Source: Octopus vulgaris
Taxonomy: Eukaryota
Assembly (NCBI GenBank): GCA_951406725.2
Contig: OX597829.1
Span: forward strand, 22,134,001 to 22,198,000
Reading direction: 5' to 3'
DNA: 64,000 bases
Part shown: positions 62,460 through 64,000 of the stretch, piece by piece
How positions within the stretch are numbered: position 1 is the stretch's first letter
Layout of the letters: each line of letters opens with the position of its first letter
Position numbers and translations under genes: made by a program
Notes under the pieces: generated by a model
What the model was told of the DNA's origin: nothing
Seen by the model: the letters and a program-made list of their open reading frames with translations, nothing else
The model's database searches: none

Positions 62460-63654
62460 GTGTTATTGAAGTTGATAGACCAGTGAAGTGTCAGAAGTAG
62501 AGGCAGAGATTATTGTATTCTAATTATAGCCTATTGGAAGATAATCATGTTATGTTAGAGAAAAACAACTGTTTTCTGTTTTACAATCTTAACAAGGCCA
62601 CAATCAAGCTTCTTTATGTTTAAATTTAAATGTTTAATGACTTCCAGTGGTAAAACATTGTAATGCATTGCATGTTCAGCTGCTTAATTTTTAGAAGTTA
62701 AATTTTATTTTATTTATATTCCGTATTGGCTTAAATTTTTGGTAAGGTCTTAATAGGACATTTAATATTTGATCCTATCTATTTTATCACTGTGATGATA
62801 GAAGTACACATGACATTTTTGTCAGTGTGAAAATGTGATAGACTACATGAGAAGGCTTGGCTGGAGACCCAACCTCCTCAGTTCTTTTACAGGGCTTCAA
62901 AAAACTGAAGGATCACTGCAATAAGTTTGTGAATCTGGAAGAAGAATATGTTGAATAAAATCATGATTAACTGATCCTCCTGTATTTTCTTTTACTCAAA
63001 GGAACTTTTCAGTACCACCTTATATAAAGTGTGTATGTATGTCGGTGTATATAGTCAATGGGGTGCAGTATGTGTAACCTGTGATACCATATAGCAATGC
63101 ATGTAGAAGTCTGTATATTTTAATGTATGTAGAGATTTGTATGTAGTGTGTGTAAGATGTACGGTATATAATAATTGGATGTTGAAGGTTATATGAAGTG
63201 AAGGTATGCATGTGGTGTGTGAACGATATGTACTAGTGTATGCTAGTGAATATAGAGGACTCTGTGTGATGTAAAACCACATGAGGTGGAAGATTTGAGA
63301 TAGTGTAAAGTAGTATGTATGTGTAAGAACGGGCATGGTTGTGTATATATGGCTTTGAAACCCAGTCTGCATCATTATCTGAATTGTACAAAAGTTTTAA
63401 TCAACTGATCTTTAGTTACCCTGTTGCTGTTTTTTTTTTTTCTTTCTTTTCTTAGACTTTAACGTCGCTAAAAGTTCTTGTTTTCTAATTGTTGCATTAT
63501 TTCAGTTGATGGATTATTGCCTTCTCAAATATGTGAAATGTATCTAATATGAGGAATACTTCCCAGAGATATTTTTCTTCAGCCATATTGTTGATATCCA
63601 TAATCAATTTCACTATATTCTCCATACATACATACATACATACATATATATATA

Positions 63655-63903
63655 TCATCATCATTTAACATCCGCTTAGCATGGGTTGGACGATTTGACT
63701 GAGGTCTGGTGAATCAGACTCCAATCTGATTTGGCAGAGTTTCTGCAGCTGGATGCCCTTCCTAATGCCAACCACTCCGTGAGTGTAGTGGGTGCTTTTA
63801 CGTGTCACCAGCACTAGGGCCAGTTTGGTGGTACTGGCAACGGCCACGCTCAAATGGTGCTTTTTACGTGCCACCTGCACAGGAGCCAGTCCAGCAGCAC
63901 TTA
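63655..63903 (-). mobile_element. Family C copy
   Basis: (CAT)n tail and CAGCTGGATGCCCTTCCTAATGCCAACCACTCCG block. Confidence 0.85.
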
Positions 63904-64000
63904 GACAGCTGTTTAGCAATGTATCAGAAAAAGGAAAACTATAATTGTCATTAAATATGACTGAGGCTGTTAAAATAGCTACAATGCTAGAAATAAGAGC

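Overview
AT-rich, CpG-depleted, repeat-dense eukaryotic non-coding DNA. The SINE and microsatellite landscape looks like a coleoid cephalopod (Octopus-like) intron or intergenic region; the taxon is inferred, not verified. No intact host gene is supportable. Most ORF calls are microsatellite or SINE noise, and the few meaningful ones are non-LTR retrotransposon fragments (RLE-type R4/Dong-like, RTE, CR1). The window holds several tRNA-derived SINE families, an RTE-tailed SINE-like family, TTAA-flanked piggyBac-type MITEs and mariner-type MITEs. The main observation is a dispersed set of type I hammerhead ribozyme motifs (stem I-CUGANGA-stem II-GAAA-short stem III-UH-stem I'). Six have intact cores and about five are decayed, and the stem I sequence differs between families while staying paired. 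They sit in short non-coding elements whose 3' ends abut (TA)n tracts. Three of these elements are 0.3-0.6 kb palindromes with a hammerhead in each arm, and one is a TSD-flanked element joining a tRNA-like Pol III head to a minimal hammerhead. This suggests a diverse set of non-autonomous Penelope-like/retrozyme-like elements. All pairings were read by eye; no folding or database search was run.
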